Below the pieces are notes generated by a model that saw only the letters and a list, made by a program, of their open reading frames with translations, did no database searches and was not told the origin of the DNA. From Tubulanus polymorphus (taxonomy: Eukaryota; Animalia; Nemertea): a stretch of DNA of 64,000 nt. Location: positions 4,984,231 to 5,048,230 of the forward strand of contig NC_134033.1 in the NCBI RefSeq assembly GCF_964204645.1, read 5' to 3'. Numbering within the stretch: the first letter of the stretch is position 1; each line of letters opens with the position of its first letter. The position numbers and the translations under genes were made by a program. This document shows, in pieces, positions 38,401 to 51,019 of the stretch.

Positions 38401-41400
38401 GCTTGAAAAATATTCACATATTATCAGAACAAGAATATCAAATTGACCGTTGTTTTCTCAAGATTTCATTGTCATGTGATCTTTTTCTGAGTTTGAGTAA
38501 TCAGTTTCTTAATAACAGTCTCGTATTAAACACTGTAGATTTCACAGATGAGTTTGGATTCTGGCAGCAACCACTAATAGTTAAACTACGTCGTGAATGT
38601 CTAGGAGTGAAAAAAGCAGCTACTATTCGAGGTTCCCTTATCCTATCTGCGACTCCTGATGAATGTGGACTCGTGCAGTCACCGAAGTACCCGGGTCGGG
38701 CAGGACGTACGTTCAAATCAATTGTCTACAAATTTGAAAAAACTATACAACAAAATCAATTAGAATATTACAGCATATTTCAATATTACAGATTTATTGT
38801 CAAATTTATCGGATCAGTTTCATGTGAAACAAACAACGTATTTGATTATGATCCAATCATTCTAATGCAAATGATGAGTTACAGGCACTTCCTTGACGGA
38901 GTCGTTAGAAACCGACATGAAACTAAAATATGTGAAAATAACGCAGTTCGTGGACTCATATTTCATAGTTTGAAAGGTTGGGACCTGCGTTTTGAAGTAA
39001 TTAATAGAATTCCAATGTTTCAAATACAATACACTTTACACGAGTCGTTACCGATTAAACATTTCGATGATTTCTACTGTAAACAAGGATTTCTGGATTC
39101 CGGAATTTCCTGCATCAAATTCATCAGAGATGAACGTCTGAATTGGGAGAACGCTGAAATATACTGTAGACAGAAGTACGCGGGACATCTACTCAGTGTC
39201 AACTCAGAACAGGAAATGATTTCCATCAAAAGATTATTTGCTACAAAACTTCTGCGAATGGCGTACACATTAAAAGCGCTTATAATGATGATTGGATTGA
39301 AATGGCAGGTAAGTCTAATGAATAAAAATATTAATTTGGAAAGAAATATTTTTGAAAAAGAAATATTATGTATTTCTAATTTTCTTCATGTAACAGAATA
39401 ATGGTTATTACACGTGGACTGACGGTAAACCATTGAGCTACGCAGAGTGGTATAAACCTGTTATTAATGAAACGATACCAGAAGTTATTCGAGGATTGAT
39501 ATCTCCGCTAAGAAAACAACCGATAAATGACGTCAATATGCCGTGTACGGCGATGATACTAAATAATCCACGAGGATCAGCGAACTGGGTTCGATTCCCG
39601 TGTCAAATCGAGGAGACGCACACGACATTCATTTGTGAATCTGAGAGAATAGACATCAAACACAAACACAATTCAACGATAAACGATGCGAAAAATTCAA
39701 CAAATACAGACTTAAGTAAAACTATGGATCAAATGATTCCCGATGTTACTTTAATCAATTCAACCTGTCCAAGGGGTTGGGTAACTGTTTCCGGACAATG
39801 TTATCGAATACTAACCGACTGGAAAAACAATCGAGGTTTAAATATTCGGAGTGCTAGAGAAATGTGTCACAGCATCCGCGCCGAAAACGTGAGAATCACC
39901 TCAAATACGGAAAGCGATATGACAAATTTAATTAGCAAATTTCAATATCGACATCAATATGGCGCTATACTGACAATGGACCACGACGGATTCAAAGTTA
40001 TCAAACCACTAGTGACCAGGAATGAAATTACTTATATTCAATCGGTTAAATGGTTATTGAAACCTTTCGATAATATAACAGATGAAGTGCATTCCGTGTT
40101 GTGTACCTATAATGTAACTGGTGATGAGTTAGCTTCTATAAGCGGTTGTAAATCGTGGCAGTTTGAATGTAACGATCACAGATGTATCAGCGACCATCGC
40201 GTATGTGATACCAGACACGACTGTCAACACGGCGAAGATGAACTCAATTGTACGGATATCAATTTACACAGTCGGTTCCGCTGTAACGATGGACAGGTTA
40301 TATCGATTAGCGGTTTCTGTGACTTTATGAGAGATTGCGTCGATGGCTCGGATGAGAACTCGTGCTATCATCCACCGTGTTTATCTACGCAATATCGCTG
40401 TTCCAATCACCAATGCATCGATAGTTATAATCGATGTGACGGACTAGCCAACTGTAAAGACGGTTCCGATGAGATTGGATGCACTGCCGAAATTTGTCAG
40501 GGGTTCTCGTGCGCGGACGGTGAATGTATTAGTTCTCAGTTGTATCGGGATGGTGTCGTGGATTGTAGCGGAAGTCTCGAAGAAGACGAATTGGTCACTA
40601 ATAGGACAGTGAATCCCGAGGTTTACTGTAATAATGACAATCACTGTACGACTCGTTTCACGGACCTGTGTAAGGAATCGGATGAACAAAGATGTTCGTT
40701 CAATTCTCCTCGCTGTTATTCCCGACACGAAATGTGTATTTTAGAAAGGATGCCGATTGGTTTCCCGGTATGTAGAAATCTTGAACATATACTCGCATGT
40801 AATGAATTCGAATGCGCGGCTGGTACTGTAAAATGTCCGGCATCTTACTGTATACCGATCAGATACGTTTGTGACGGTCGATCCGATTGTCCTAATTCAG
40901 AAGATGAACGAAACTGCGAGACTTGGTCGTGTCCGGGAATGTTTAAATGTGGTCAAGAAAATCGATGTATTCCGCAATCTGAAGTTTGCGACGGTGTCGT
41001 TAATTGTAAGCATAACTCGGATGACGATTCATACTGTAAGGTCACATGTCCTGAACGTTGTAATTGCCGGGGTCATTTCATCGATTGTGAAAATGCTCTT
41101 TTATCAGATATTACTGGTCGTTTTATAGAATCAACTCGGGTTTTGATTTTGTCGAATAACCGAGTCGTATTTAACGAGTCGACGTTCAACTCTTTCATTT
41201 ATCTTCGTTTTCTCGATATTTCGGGCAATAATTTGTCTTACATCGTTCCAAACGCGTTTTCTAGTCTGAATAATCTATACACATTAGACCTTACTCACAA
41301 CCACATAACATCATTATCTGCTAATACATTCGCAGGTTTGATCGGTTTAAAACAACTATTTCTTATCGGAAATCAGCTGCAACATTTAGAAGACGGTAGT

Positions 41401-42651
41401 TTCCGAGGTTTGACGTCACTTAATGTTCTCGATCTTCACGGACTTTCTATATCGGTTCTCGGTGAAAATGTATTTAAAGGTTTATCCGCATTACAGTCGT
41501 TAAATATCAGCAGTAACAGAATACATTATATTTCCAGTTATGCTTTTTACGGATTGGTTGGACTTAAAATTCTAGATCTGGTCAAAAATGCCGAAGTGAT
41601 ATTTGTAAAAAGAAACGTTCTTGGCGATCTTACATCATTGAAATACCTCGTTTCGGATGCTTACAAATTTTGCTGCATGGCACCGAATGTTGACCGATGT
41701 CTTCCCGAAGCTGATCAATTTTCGACCTGCTCTGACCTGATGGGTAACACTGTACTGAGGGCCATCATCTGGATGATCGCATCTTTCAGTTTTCTCGCTA
41801 ACAGTATCGTTATTTTATTTCGCGTCCAAGCTTTGCGGATGGAATCCACCCGAACACGTAACACATCTTCAGATATCTACATCATTAATATTGCCGGTTG
41901 TGATATTCTGATGTCGGCCTATTTGTTTGTGATTGCAGGAGCTGACCACGCGTTCAAAGGCGTTTATTATCTGAATTCTGAAGCTTGGACAGATAGCACA
42001 TTATGCCGTCTCGCCGGGGTTATTGTCACCGTTTCCTGCGAAGGTTCATTGACTTTTCTCTTAATTCTAACGCGTCAGAGATATTCAAACATCGTCAACC
42101 CGTTTTCTAGAAGTCCGATTATAACTCCGAAATACGTTATCGGTATTTGCTGCATCTGTTGGCTCGTTATAAGCACAGTTTCTATTCTACCGCTGTCATC
42201 GTCGTCTTACTTCGGAGACAATTTTTACGGTACAACCGGAGTTTGTTTGCCTATGAATTTATTGACGATCGACGTCAATGGCTGGCAATATTCATTCGCT
42301 ATTTTTGCCTTGTTTAATGCGGCCATATTGGCTACCATAATGATGACGTACGCTCAGATGTATAGACTCGTATCTGGAAGTAGGTCGGGCTCGGGTAGAG
42401 CCGATCCTACCGAACTGGTTTTAGCTCGAAGGAGTTTAGTAATCAATCTTTGTAATTTATTTTGCTGGCTACCGATAATAATCGTTCAGTTTTGCGCCGT
42501 ATTTTCGGTCGAGATACCGAACCAGGTGGCAGCTTGGCTGGCCGTTCTATTTTTACCGATCGACTCGTCTCTGAATCCGCTTCTTTATACCATACTGACG
42601 ATCGATATGAAATCAATTAGAACGAGATATAAACGTCAACAAAAGAACTAG
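35475..42651 (+). CDS. GRL101-like GPCR, copy 2, intact: signal peptide, CUB domains, two C-type lectin-like domains, ~7 LDLa, LRRs, 7TM (~1,942 aa)
   Basis: Exons 35475-36701, 37962-39308 and 39397-42651 join in frame via phase-0 GT/AG introns. CUB (GYIVTPNYP, FYIFDG..YGPYC), CTL (LNWENAEIYC..HLLSV..IGLKWQ/WTDGKPLSYAEW), LDLa (CDG..DC..GSDE), LRR and 7TM motifs all present. Confidence 0.92.
36866..37830 (+). mobile_element. Internally deleted, decayed non-LTR retrotransposon (RTE-X-like RT) in intron 1 of GRL101 copy 2
   Basis: SKAFDLVWRAGLWQKLL, CNEWKLEV..KTKVLIF, YKYPGI, LFDPTIVPILTYGCEVW; absent from the equivalent intron of copy 3. Confidence 0.8.
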
Positions 42652-45600
42652 ATTAATAACACTTCAGTAGCAATAAAGGAGCTTTTAAACGAATCGTTTT
42701 AGTGTTCTCGGTCGCACACAAAACTCTAGTAATGAATCTAAAGAACAAAGGACATTAACGATGACCTTTGGGCCCATGGTCCATTCAGTTTTTTTATCAA
42801 AACTTTCTTCGTAGCTATTAGATTAATTGTAGATTGTTTGTTAAATGCAATGTTATTTACTTTAGGTGCGGATTTAACGGGCTCGGCGAGCCCTTTACTG
42901 GCCAGTGCAATTGAAATAAACGATTACATAGATGACGACTTATTAATTTATGAATGTATTCACTGATGTTGTGAAAGCGTGTGTGTGTGAGAGTGATAGG
43001 TTTCATTTTTCTTTTAGGGCGGCACGGCTCCGATAGATCATTGTGATCTCTTCGTGTAGCCCACATTTTCTTGTTACATTTTGTCACTGTATATTATGCG
43101 ATATCAATAATGTAATTATGTAACAACAAAAATAAATACCATACTACTTTACTAAATATGCCACCGGATGAAATTATTTTTCAGCCACCACCGAACCGTA
43201 TGGCGACCGATTCGGGTAAACGAAATTGCCAAGTTAAAGAAAGAGCAACATACCCCATGCCAAATATCACAAGCATCCAATATCATGATTGATATATGCA
43301 ATCAATTTTCAATAGAATACGAAGTCAAGTTTACCACTGAACAGACTATATATTTTATCTACTTTTTCTTCCCTGCGAGGATCAGAATCCTTGAAAGTCG
43401 CAGTGTTTTATTTCACAAGGCCATATCATTTAAGTATCAAAAACTGGTATGCACTTGGGTAATATGATCGCTACCGATGAGACAGACTCTCAACGGATGT
43501 ACCACGCAATATGTGATTTAAACAGAATAGTGGATATATTTCACTCACAATTTAATCATGTTAAGCCCTTTATCAGATTTAATTTCGAAATTTGACTATA
43601 TTCGAGTATATTGGAGCGTTGCTCGCCACAGTTACATTTTCGGTAATCGGGTGATGATTCGAAGCGTTCAGATTCAACAGGTTTAAAGTTTATGATATTA
43701 TTTTTCCTAGTTTAATTCCGGTCACGATAGCGTTGGATTGACAGGTACTTTTGTTGTTGATCACGCTTAATCAGTTATCAGAATAGAACACTAACTCACC
43801 ATCTATCCACTAATTCTGGACGATGAACAATTTGAAATTTGTTTTTCCCTGCCTCTGTCTCTCGCTCTGCCTCTGCCCCCTCTCCCTTTCCCTCTCCAAT
43901 AATAAATATCACAGCTAGTGATAAACATCACAGCTAGATACATCGTTTCATAGCGATGTATAAATATTTTACCACATATTATACGAACGCACCAGCGAGC
44001 CGGCGATCATATCAGCGGATAAATCACTCGTAATAAATGCAAATAAAACCGCGATGATGAGTTATAAAAAACGTTTTAAACGAATCTGTATCGATACAAC
44101 ACCTCCCCACTCATCAGCTCGTATGTACGTACCAGTGCGCGACGTACTTGAACAGTCATTTTTATCGCGTTTTTCATCAGTGACTGTTTGTCACACAGTT
44201 CTGGGATCTAGCTACCAGTTGTACTTTATCATCGCTGGCATTTCGTCAACTTCGGGAGGCGGTCGAACCCAGTTCCATAGTTGCCGTTACAATTTGATTA
44301 TGTTGAATTTATGAATGTTAACGAATTAATCTTGATCGTATATGATACAAAAAGAACTAAACATTTCTTGGCGAATACATTGGAAACTGATCGGGATCTC
44401 GGAGTGGAAAATCGACAACTGATTTTGAATTTATAGCGAAACAATCGGAAAAAAACTTAAAAGTGACATGCTAAAACTGATTGTGACATTACAGATATTA
44501 TCGTTGGACAATGAATAATGCAATCTGATTGTAAGTTCTAAATCGTTGGAAAATTGAATTTGAATTTCTTTAGAAATTGACATATTGAAAACTGATTGTG
44601 ACTTTCTTGTCGAATCATCGGAAACTAATCGTGATTTTGAAGTGAAATCATTCCACTTCACAATCAAGTTGACCCAAGCGAACTTTTCAGGTGAACTTAT
44701 CCGCGAATTATGGAAAGCGATAAAAGGCGAGTAATCCGCGAATTCCGGAACGCCATCAAACGTAACGACCTCGGCCTCGTCAAGAAAAAACGCGACGAAT
44801 TCTTCAAACTCGAGCGAGGATCGGATTTGATCGATTCGGATCTAACCGTAAATCTAACCGACGATTCTACCGTCGTCGTTCCCGAGCGGCGCTACCCGGA
44901 CAAGATAGCCGCCGAGTCGGTTTCGAACCCGCTGTTTCTGGCTTGTATTTTCTGCAGCGCGGATGTGGTCTGGTATCTCATCGCCGAGGGAGCAGACGTG
45001 CTGGTCAAGGACGTTAACGGTAACAACGTCGTTCACGCGCTGGTCTCGGCGGCGGCCGCGTGCCCGCGTCTCGAGTCAAAACTCGTCGAAATCTACCATC
45101 TCGTTGACCGCCAAATATCGCCGAATATGGCAGTTCTACTGACGGACGAGAATAAACTAGAACTTCGGCCGTTGGAGTATGCTGCCCGCGTGAAGACGTT
45201 CGGTTTGTTTTCGGTTATTTTGAACACGGAGGGTGTCTACCGCACGATGACCGCCGATCACGGTATGAAGGTCGTATACTCGTACGATCTCGGGGTTTAC
45301 GATGCGGACGGCGATCGTTACGATAAATCGCCGCACTGGTTTATCGTCTTGAACGACGCCGATTCGGTGCTGGAGAAGATGCACGTCAGCGCCTGTTTGA
45401 AGAACCCGTCGTTCGAGGCCTGGTCGAAGCTGATTTGGGCTAGGAGTAAATACGTGCACTGTCTGGGAAGCGCTTTTAGATAGTGTATTTTCATGCTGTT
45501 CATGTTGATGCCGTACGTCAGGTTTTACGAATATCAGGAACACATTTCAGCGGATCTCAACAACACAGGTAAACAAGAAAACTTGAAAGTTTAGACGCGT

Positions 45601-45789
45601 TTAGAAATAACACATATATTGCGTTATATTGTCGACAATGAAAAACATGATATTAAGTTAGCTAGTATTTAGGAATAATGTAATTTTGGATTTAAAAAAA
45701 AATCGATTATTGAATTGACCGGCAACCAGTCTAGTCGCATTATACTGATGACGTAATAAAGCTTCAACTGGCGCAATGGAGGTCATCTC

Positions 45790-46640
45790 TTCCTCGTTCG
45801 CCTGCCGTAGCTATTGCATGACTATTAGTTCATACATAGATAGACCGTGACATAATCCGAAATGCGTTTTGAAGAAATATAGCAGTCGGTCAGGCGATGC
45901 GGGAATTTCACAGATAAAGAATATAGCTACAATTATAAGAACGACTTTTAATATTTTGAGTTCGGTAGATTTTTCACCGGGCGCCGCTGCGTCCGCGTGA
46001 AATTGTTTCTTACGATTTAGTTTTCTAAATATCATAATTCCGAACAAAGTTAGATTTATTACGATAAGAGTAATAAAAGGTAGAAGAACAGTCATGAACA
46101 TATAGGAATTAATAACGTCACGTCATCCATTATCAAGCAAATAAACAAAAGGTGTCGGTATTGTACTCGCGCCGAAAGCGCCCATTGTATAAACACGTTC
46201 GTAACAGCGTTGCGTGCCCCTACCGGGTAAACCTAGCGGCGAAATAATACGGCCAGAAACAAACAGCGGAAGACATTGCGTTCAAAACTAAAAGACAAAT
46301 GATTTGTTTTTTGTTCCAGAATCGTTTAGAATACAGCGGACTCGCGACGACCAGAAGTCTCTCGAAATTGATTATAACTACGGCCTAATTTTTTCCCATT
46401 TGAAACGTATGAAAAAGCGGCAGAACCCAAATTATAATTTCGTGTCCAAAAACCAGTCGTCGAAACGCCCGAGAATAACGTCACTTTGTTGAAAATGTAT
46501 TATGAGTATCCTAAGCGGATAAAGAAGAAACACTGAAAATACGAACACTAAATCAAACCAGGCAAGAATGATTATAATTAGATAGGCTCGGGTGGCAGGG
46601 GGTTTCAGCGTAGTCGTAGTGATTGTGGTAGAATTCATAC
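45790..46640 (-). pseudogene. Rhodopsin-class peptide-receptor-like GPCR pseudogene nested antisense in the TRPV intron
   Basis: Fragments IIILAWFDLVFVFSVFLLYPLR, MTVLLPFITLIVINLTLFG and ELKILKVVL..FFICEIPAS match the paralog at 56244-57341; frameshifts; TM1 and most of TM7 missing. Confidence 0.85.
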
Positions 46641-46730
46641 TGAAGCTTCTATAACCTGTAATCAGTGACTCGTAGTGAGTCGGTTATCAAATCTACTCTA
46701 CTCTTTAGATAGTAGAAGAGAGTATAAATC

Positions 46731-46732
<2 letters not shown>

Positions 46733-46812
<80 letters not shown>

Positions 46813-46868
46813 GTGTGTATGCGTGTATGCGTGTATGCGTGTATGCGTGTGTGCGTGTGCGCGTGTGC

Positions 46869-46956
<88 letters not shown>
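46733..46956. repeat. Compound microsatellite (TA)n-(TATG/TGCG)n-(TA)n
   Basis: Directly visible. Confidence 0.97.
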
Positions 46957-46958
<2 letters not shown>

Positions 46959-49900
46959 CGAGGTCCGAACTACAGCGACCGTGCTCAATACCGTGGTCGA
47001 CTAATTCCGGACTATAGTTCCGACTAGCTGACATTCGGTTTCACTTAGTTCGGTTATGTGTCATTGCATTTCTCTGGTTCGGCTAATTCCGACAACCGAT
47101 TATTGCCCAGTCTGGTCTGAGCATTGTCTCATGGTTGGAGGATTTTTTTCTAACTCGCGTTTCTAACTTAGCGCTAATTGTGATATCTAAACAGCTCGTA
47201 ACAGCCTATGGCTAAACCGTGTCAATTAAGACCGTATCTAATTAACTATCCTAAACCCGAGAATCCTATCTTCACATATCACATCTCTCAATCGCAATCA
47301 CAATTCGCTTACGTTCATTTACATATATTCAAATTTGATATCGATTTTTTCTCTGCAGATTACTGCATGGCGAATAAGTCATTCATACCGATGCCGCGAC
47401 CGGTTCGAGTATGCATGCGTGCGTCCGCCTATGCGGTCAGCTTGATAGTTGTATTGAAGATACTGGCCTACGTCGCCCTCGTCATCGCCGCGCTTAAACG
47501 CAGGCTCATACTGAAATTCATCTTACGCAATACGTTCGGTCAACTTCTCCACGATTCGATTCTGGTGACGATCATGCTAGCGAACGCCGTCTACACCAAG
47601 AATCAAGTGCCCTACGAGTTCAGCAGGATGTACCTGTTTTTCACGCCAGTTTTTCTCAGCAACGTCTGCGCGTTTTTTCAAATATTTCCCTCGTTCGGTT
47701 TCTACTTCATGAGCTTGCAAAAAATGTTGCAAGCTCTGGCGAAGTTTTCCTTCATATTCACGGTGGTTTTCATGATCTACTGCACGTGTCTATCGTCGTT
47801 ACTGGTGAACGCGAACGTCTGCGGATGGCCCAGCTGGAAAGTGATCTACGGCACGTTTCTGAGCATGATAAACATGGCGGACTATGCGAAAATATCGTCG
47901 GATCGCCACGAGTTGGTGTTGTTCCAGGTTTACCATATGGAAATGGTTTTCATCGTGGCCATCGTGATGTTGAACTTTTTGACAGCGATTATGACCGGCG
48001 TGCACTCGAAACACGACGAGCTGAAGGAGACGATTTCGACGGTGACGCGCATGCGCCTGAATACGATGGCGCTCGTGCAATTGGTGCAGTGGCGGCGTAT
48101 GCTGCGTATGAAACCGTTGAACCTCGGTCTCAGCGATATACGAGTTGTCGTCAACGCGGCGGACGAAATGTGAACGATTCGTCCATGAACCGGTGACAAA
48201 CACCAGATAGCGCGACTAACAGTCGGTTTTGCGGCATTCCAAATTCAAACACATTTATAAATTTTGATACATTTAAACCCCGAATTTCCAATTGGCAAAA
48301 TCACTTAAAAACGGTGTTGATATACTGTATAGATCGGTGCTGTTGTATTTAGTAAATCGTTCATTTGTATAATCTTGTAAATAACCGTGTTATGTTAAAA
48401 AGTCTTTATTTTTCTCCTTTATACGATTGTAAACAAAATTATTGGCCAAAAAACCACCAACCGACATCCGTATGACCCGTATTTTCCTGTTCCAAATCAT
48501 ACAGTCGGGCTATGTGTTGTTTATATACCGATAAAACGTAAGACTCTTCGTAACTCTTGGAAATAAACACTTCGAACACAATAATTCGAATCATTACATC
48601 CAATGATGCCAGTCAAATATCTATGGTTTAATTGGAATTCAAACACTGGCCACATTTTATTCGAGTTCAGATTGAGTCTACTGTCTACTTTGCTATAACG
48701 AGGGTCCATATGTTCAAAACTAAGATTAAACCTATCCTAACGTCAGAGTCCTAATGAGAAACTGTTTAAAATCTCTACTCTACCGGATTATGTGAGCAGT
48801 TTTATCTTTTCCTTGAAGAGATTTCAGCTCACACATGAGTCCTCTATCAGACCAGGTTGTTTTAGTCAGCACACACTTGATGCAATCAGGTCCTGATGAA
48901 GTGAGGAAGGTCTGGAATCTGGAAACTGTATTTGTCGGTTTAGTCAACGCGCATTGGCAGCAATCAGATCCTGCACAGAAAGGTCGTCTCTGAAAATGCA
49001 ACCAAAGTTTAATTAGACTTGAATCAGCTTGAATACGACCTCACCTAAGTTTGACATTTAGAATTGAAGTTAAATTGTCCGCTCACCAATTCATGTGTGG
49101 ATCTGCATGGATTATTTCGATCAGTTATCGTTTCCTTGGGAAATGTGACACCCGAGCTACAGCATAATATCTGTCCGGCCTTGTTGGTTTAGTCAGCAAA
49201 CATTGACAGCATTCAGATCCTGAGAGAAGTAGAGCTTATCTGAAAAACAGGCAGTATTGATCTCAATGATAATTCTTAATTTGTCTCGAAACATGCACAT
49301 TGTAATTTGTTATAGCCAGTATTAAAAACCCACAAATCCACTCACCACCAATTTCTGTGTGAAGCATCATGGATTATCTCAAAAATGTCTGGAGTTCACA
49401 GCGTCGGTTTACTCAGCTTCGGAGTATTGGCAGCAATAAGGTCCCGAGTGAGGAATGGCTGATCTGAAAAACCGACAATTTCATATTTCAGTACTGACTG
49501 GAAGAATCAATGTTTAAGTTTAGGTTGGATTCCCGAGTGAGAACCCAGAGACAGGGAGTCAATTAGATTAATTTATAAACGAGATGACGTGAACTGTCGA
49601 AAGCATCCCTCGGCAACTTCCCAAATTAGTGTTTAAATTAGTGGAAAAAAACTTATAGATCTCCCTTTTTACTTACCTAATCTCACGCAAGCACTGTACA
49701 TATATGCGCGTCTATATTGAATTCAACGCGTGTTAAGAATTAATCCTATGCCGGTTAAATTTCAAATCGAAAGGTATTCATTGAATTCAGAGATCGAGGA
49801 CAATAACCAGACACAATATGAACTGAGTTTGTCATGATGCGGTGCAAGGGACGCGAGAACCACTGGCTAGATAATACCATACAGACCCTGTTAATATTTT

Positions 49901-50312
49901 AACTTCAGAAACCTAACTAATATATGAAGTAGATATAATATCAGATATTCTACACGTCCTCGTTAAAATGATATTTCTATACAGTAAATTAAATCCTTTC
50001 AAAATTGAATTAACAGAAAAATCACTTTGCAATACAATCTGTTATTTACATTTCCATTGTCTATAACTCGAATTGTCACTGAAATCAAACACACATCATA
50101 GAACTATTTGGAATTGATCAAATAAAATGAATTAAGATGATATCATCATAGGAAATATGCAATACATTCAACAAATCAAATGTCCATTGTCTGTAACTTG
50201 TTAGAACTGTCTTAGCACCAGCAACAGCAGTAGTAGTAATAGTAGCCAAGCAGGAAATACTGTTATTTGTATTTATGAATTCAAGTCATCAAGATGATAA
50301 ATAGAGGCTACT

Positions 50313-50476
50313 TTAACTTTTCTCATGATTCTAACTCGTCAGAGATATTCAAATATCGTCAACCCGTTTTCTAGAAGTCCAATTATAACTCCAAAATGCG
50401 TTATCGGTATTTGCTGCATTTGTTGGCTCGTTATAAGCACAGTTTCTATTCTACCGCTGTCATCGTCGTCTTACTT
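50313..50476 (+). pseudogene. Isolated ~165-bp fragment of the GRL101 TM3-TM4 coding region
   Basis: Near-identical to ~690-850 and ~42050-42212 (CGTCAGAGATATTCAAATATCGTCAACCCGTTTTCTAGAAGTCC...). Confidence 0.9.
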
Positions 50477-51019
50477 GGATTGAGTTGTTTCCTCAGAAAG
50501 TCTGCAGAGAAAAAGTCCTTACCCGCCACAATCAGATATCCATGCGCTTCGCTTTGTTTCAACTCTGTTATCATATTGACTGTAGAGTGTGAATTGTCAA
50601 AACAGATGTTGACGAAGTGTTATAGAGACGCAGAATATATAAGTTAATAAAGAAAATATTATCGAATATTGTCAAATCTGGTTCGGATATCAAAACGCAG
50701 TTCGGAAGCGACAGTAAATATTTTTAGCGAAATAATTGCGCATGATTATAAACACGATATATTGAAACACGTCTAAATTTAGAAACCGCGGTAATTACAG
50801 CGAAACCGAAAACAGATGGAAGTTTCACAAAATACGATACTGGTGCCAGTTTGATTTGGTCTTTACAAAATAATTGGACACTGGATCAATTCGTCAACAT
50901 CTGCCATTGGCAAATTCGTTGTAACTTCGTTATAACTGCAGCTATTCTTTTGAGAAATGTCGTGCGAACTTGGAAATAGTTAGAAATGTGTTTGTTTCGA
51001 AGCGTGAATTCTGCTCAAT

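Larger units (their letters stand above)
44710..48173 (+). pseudogene. TRPV-like ankyrin-repeat cation channel, two coding exons, one in-frame TAG
   Basis: Ankyrin motifs (NPLFLAC, GADVLVKDVNGNNVVHALV), TRPV linker ENKLELRPLEYAA...YSYDLGVYD, S6 MLNFLTAIM. Exon 44710-45568 joins 47359-48173 in phase 1; TAG at 45481-45483 interrupts an otherwise open frame. Confidence 0.75.

Noticed and set aside
46675-47034. ORFs rich in IYIYIY (also 18487-18708)
   Set aside because: Translations of (TA)n microsatellites.
47786-48203. Overlapping alternative-frame and antisense ORFs in GC-richer exons (also 40444-41128, 45157-45543, 62690-63998)
   Set aside because: Shadow ORFs of real coding sequence.
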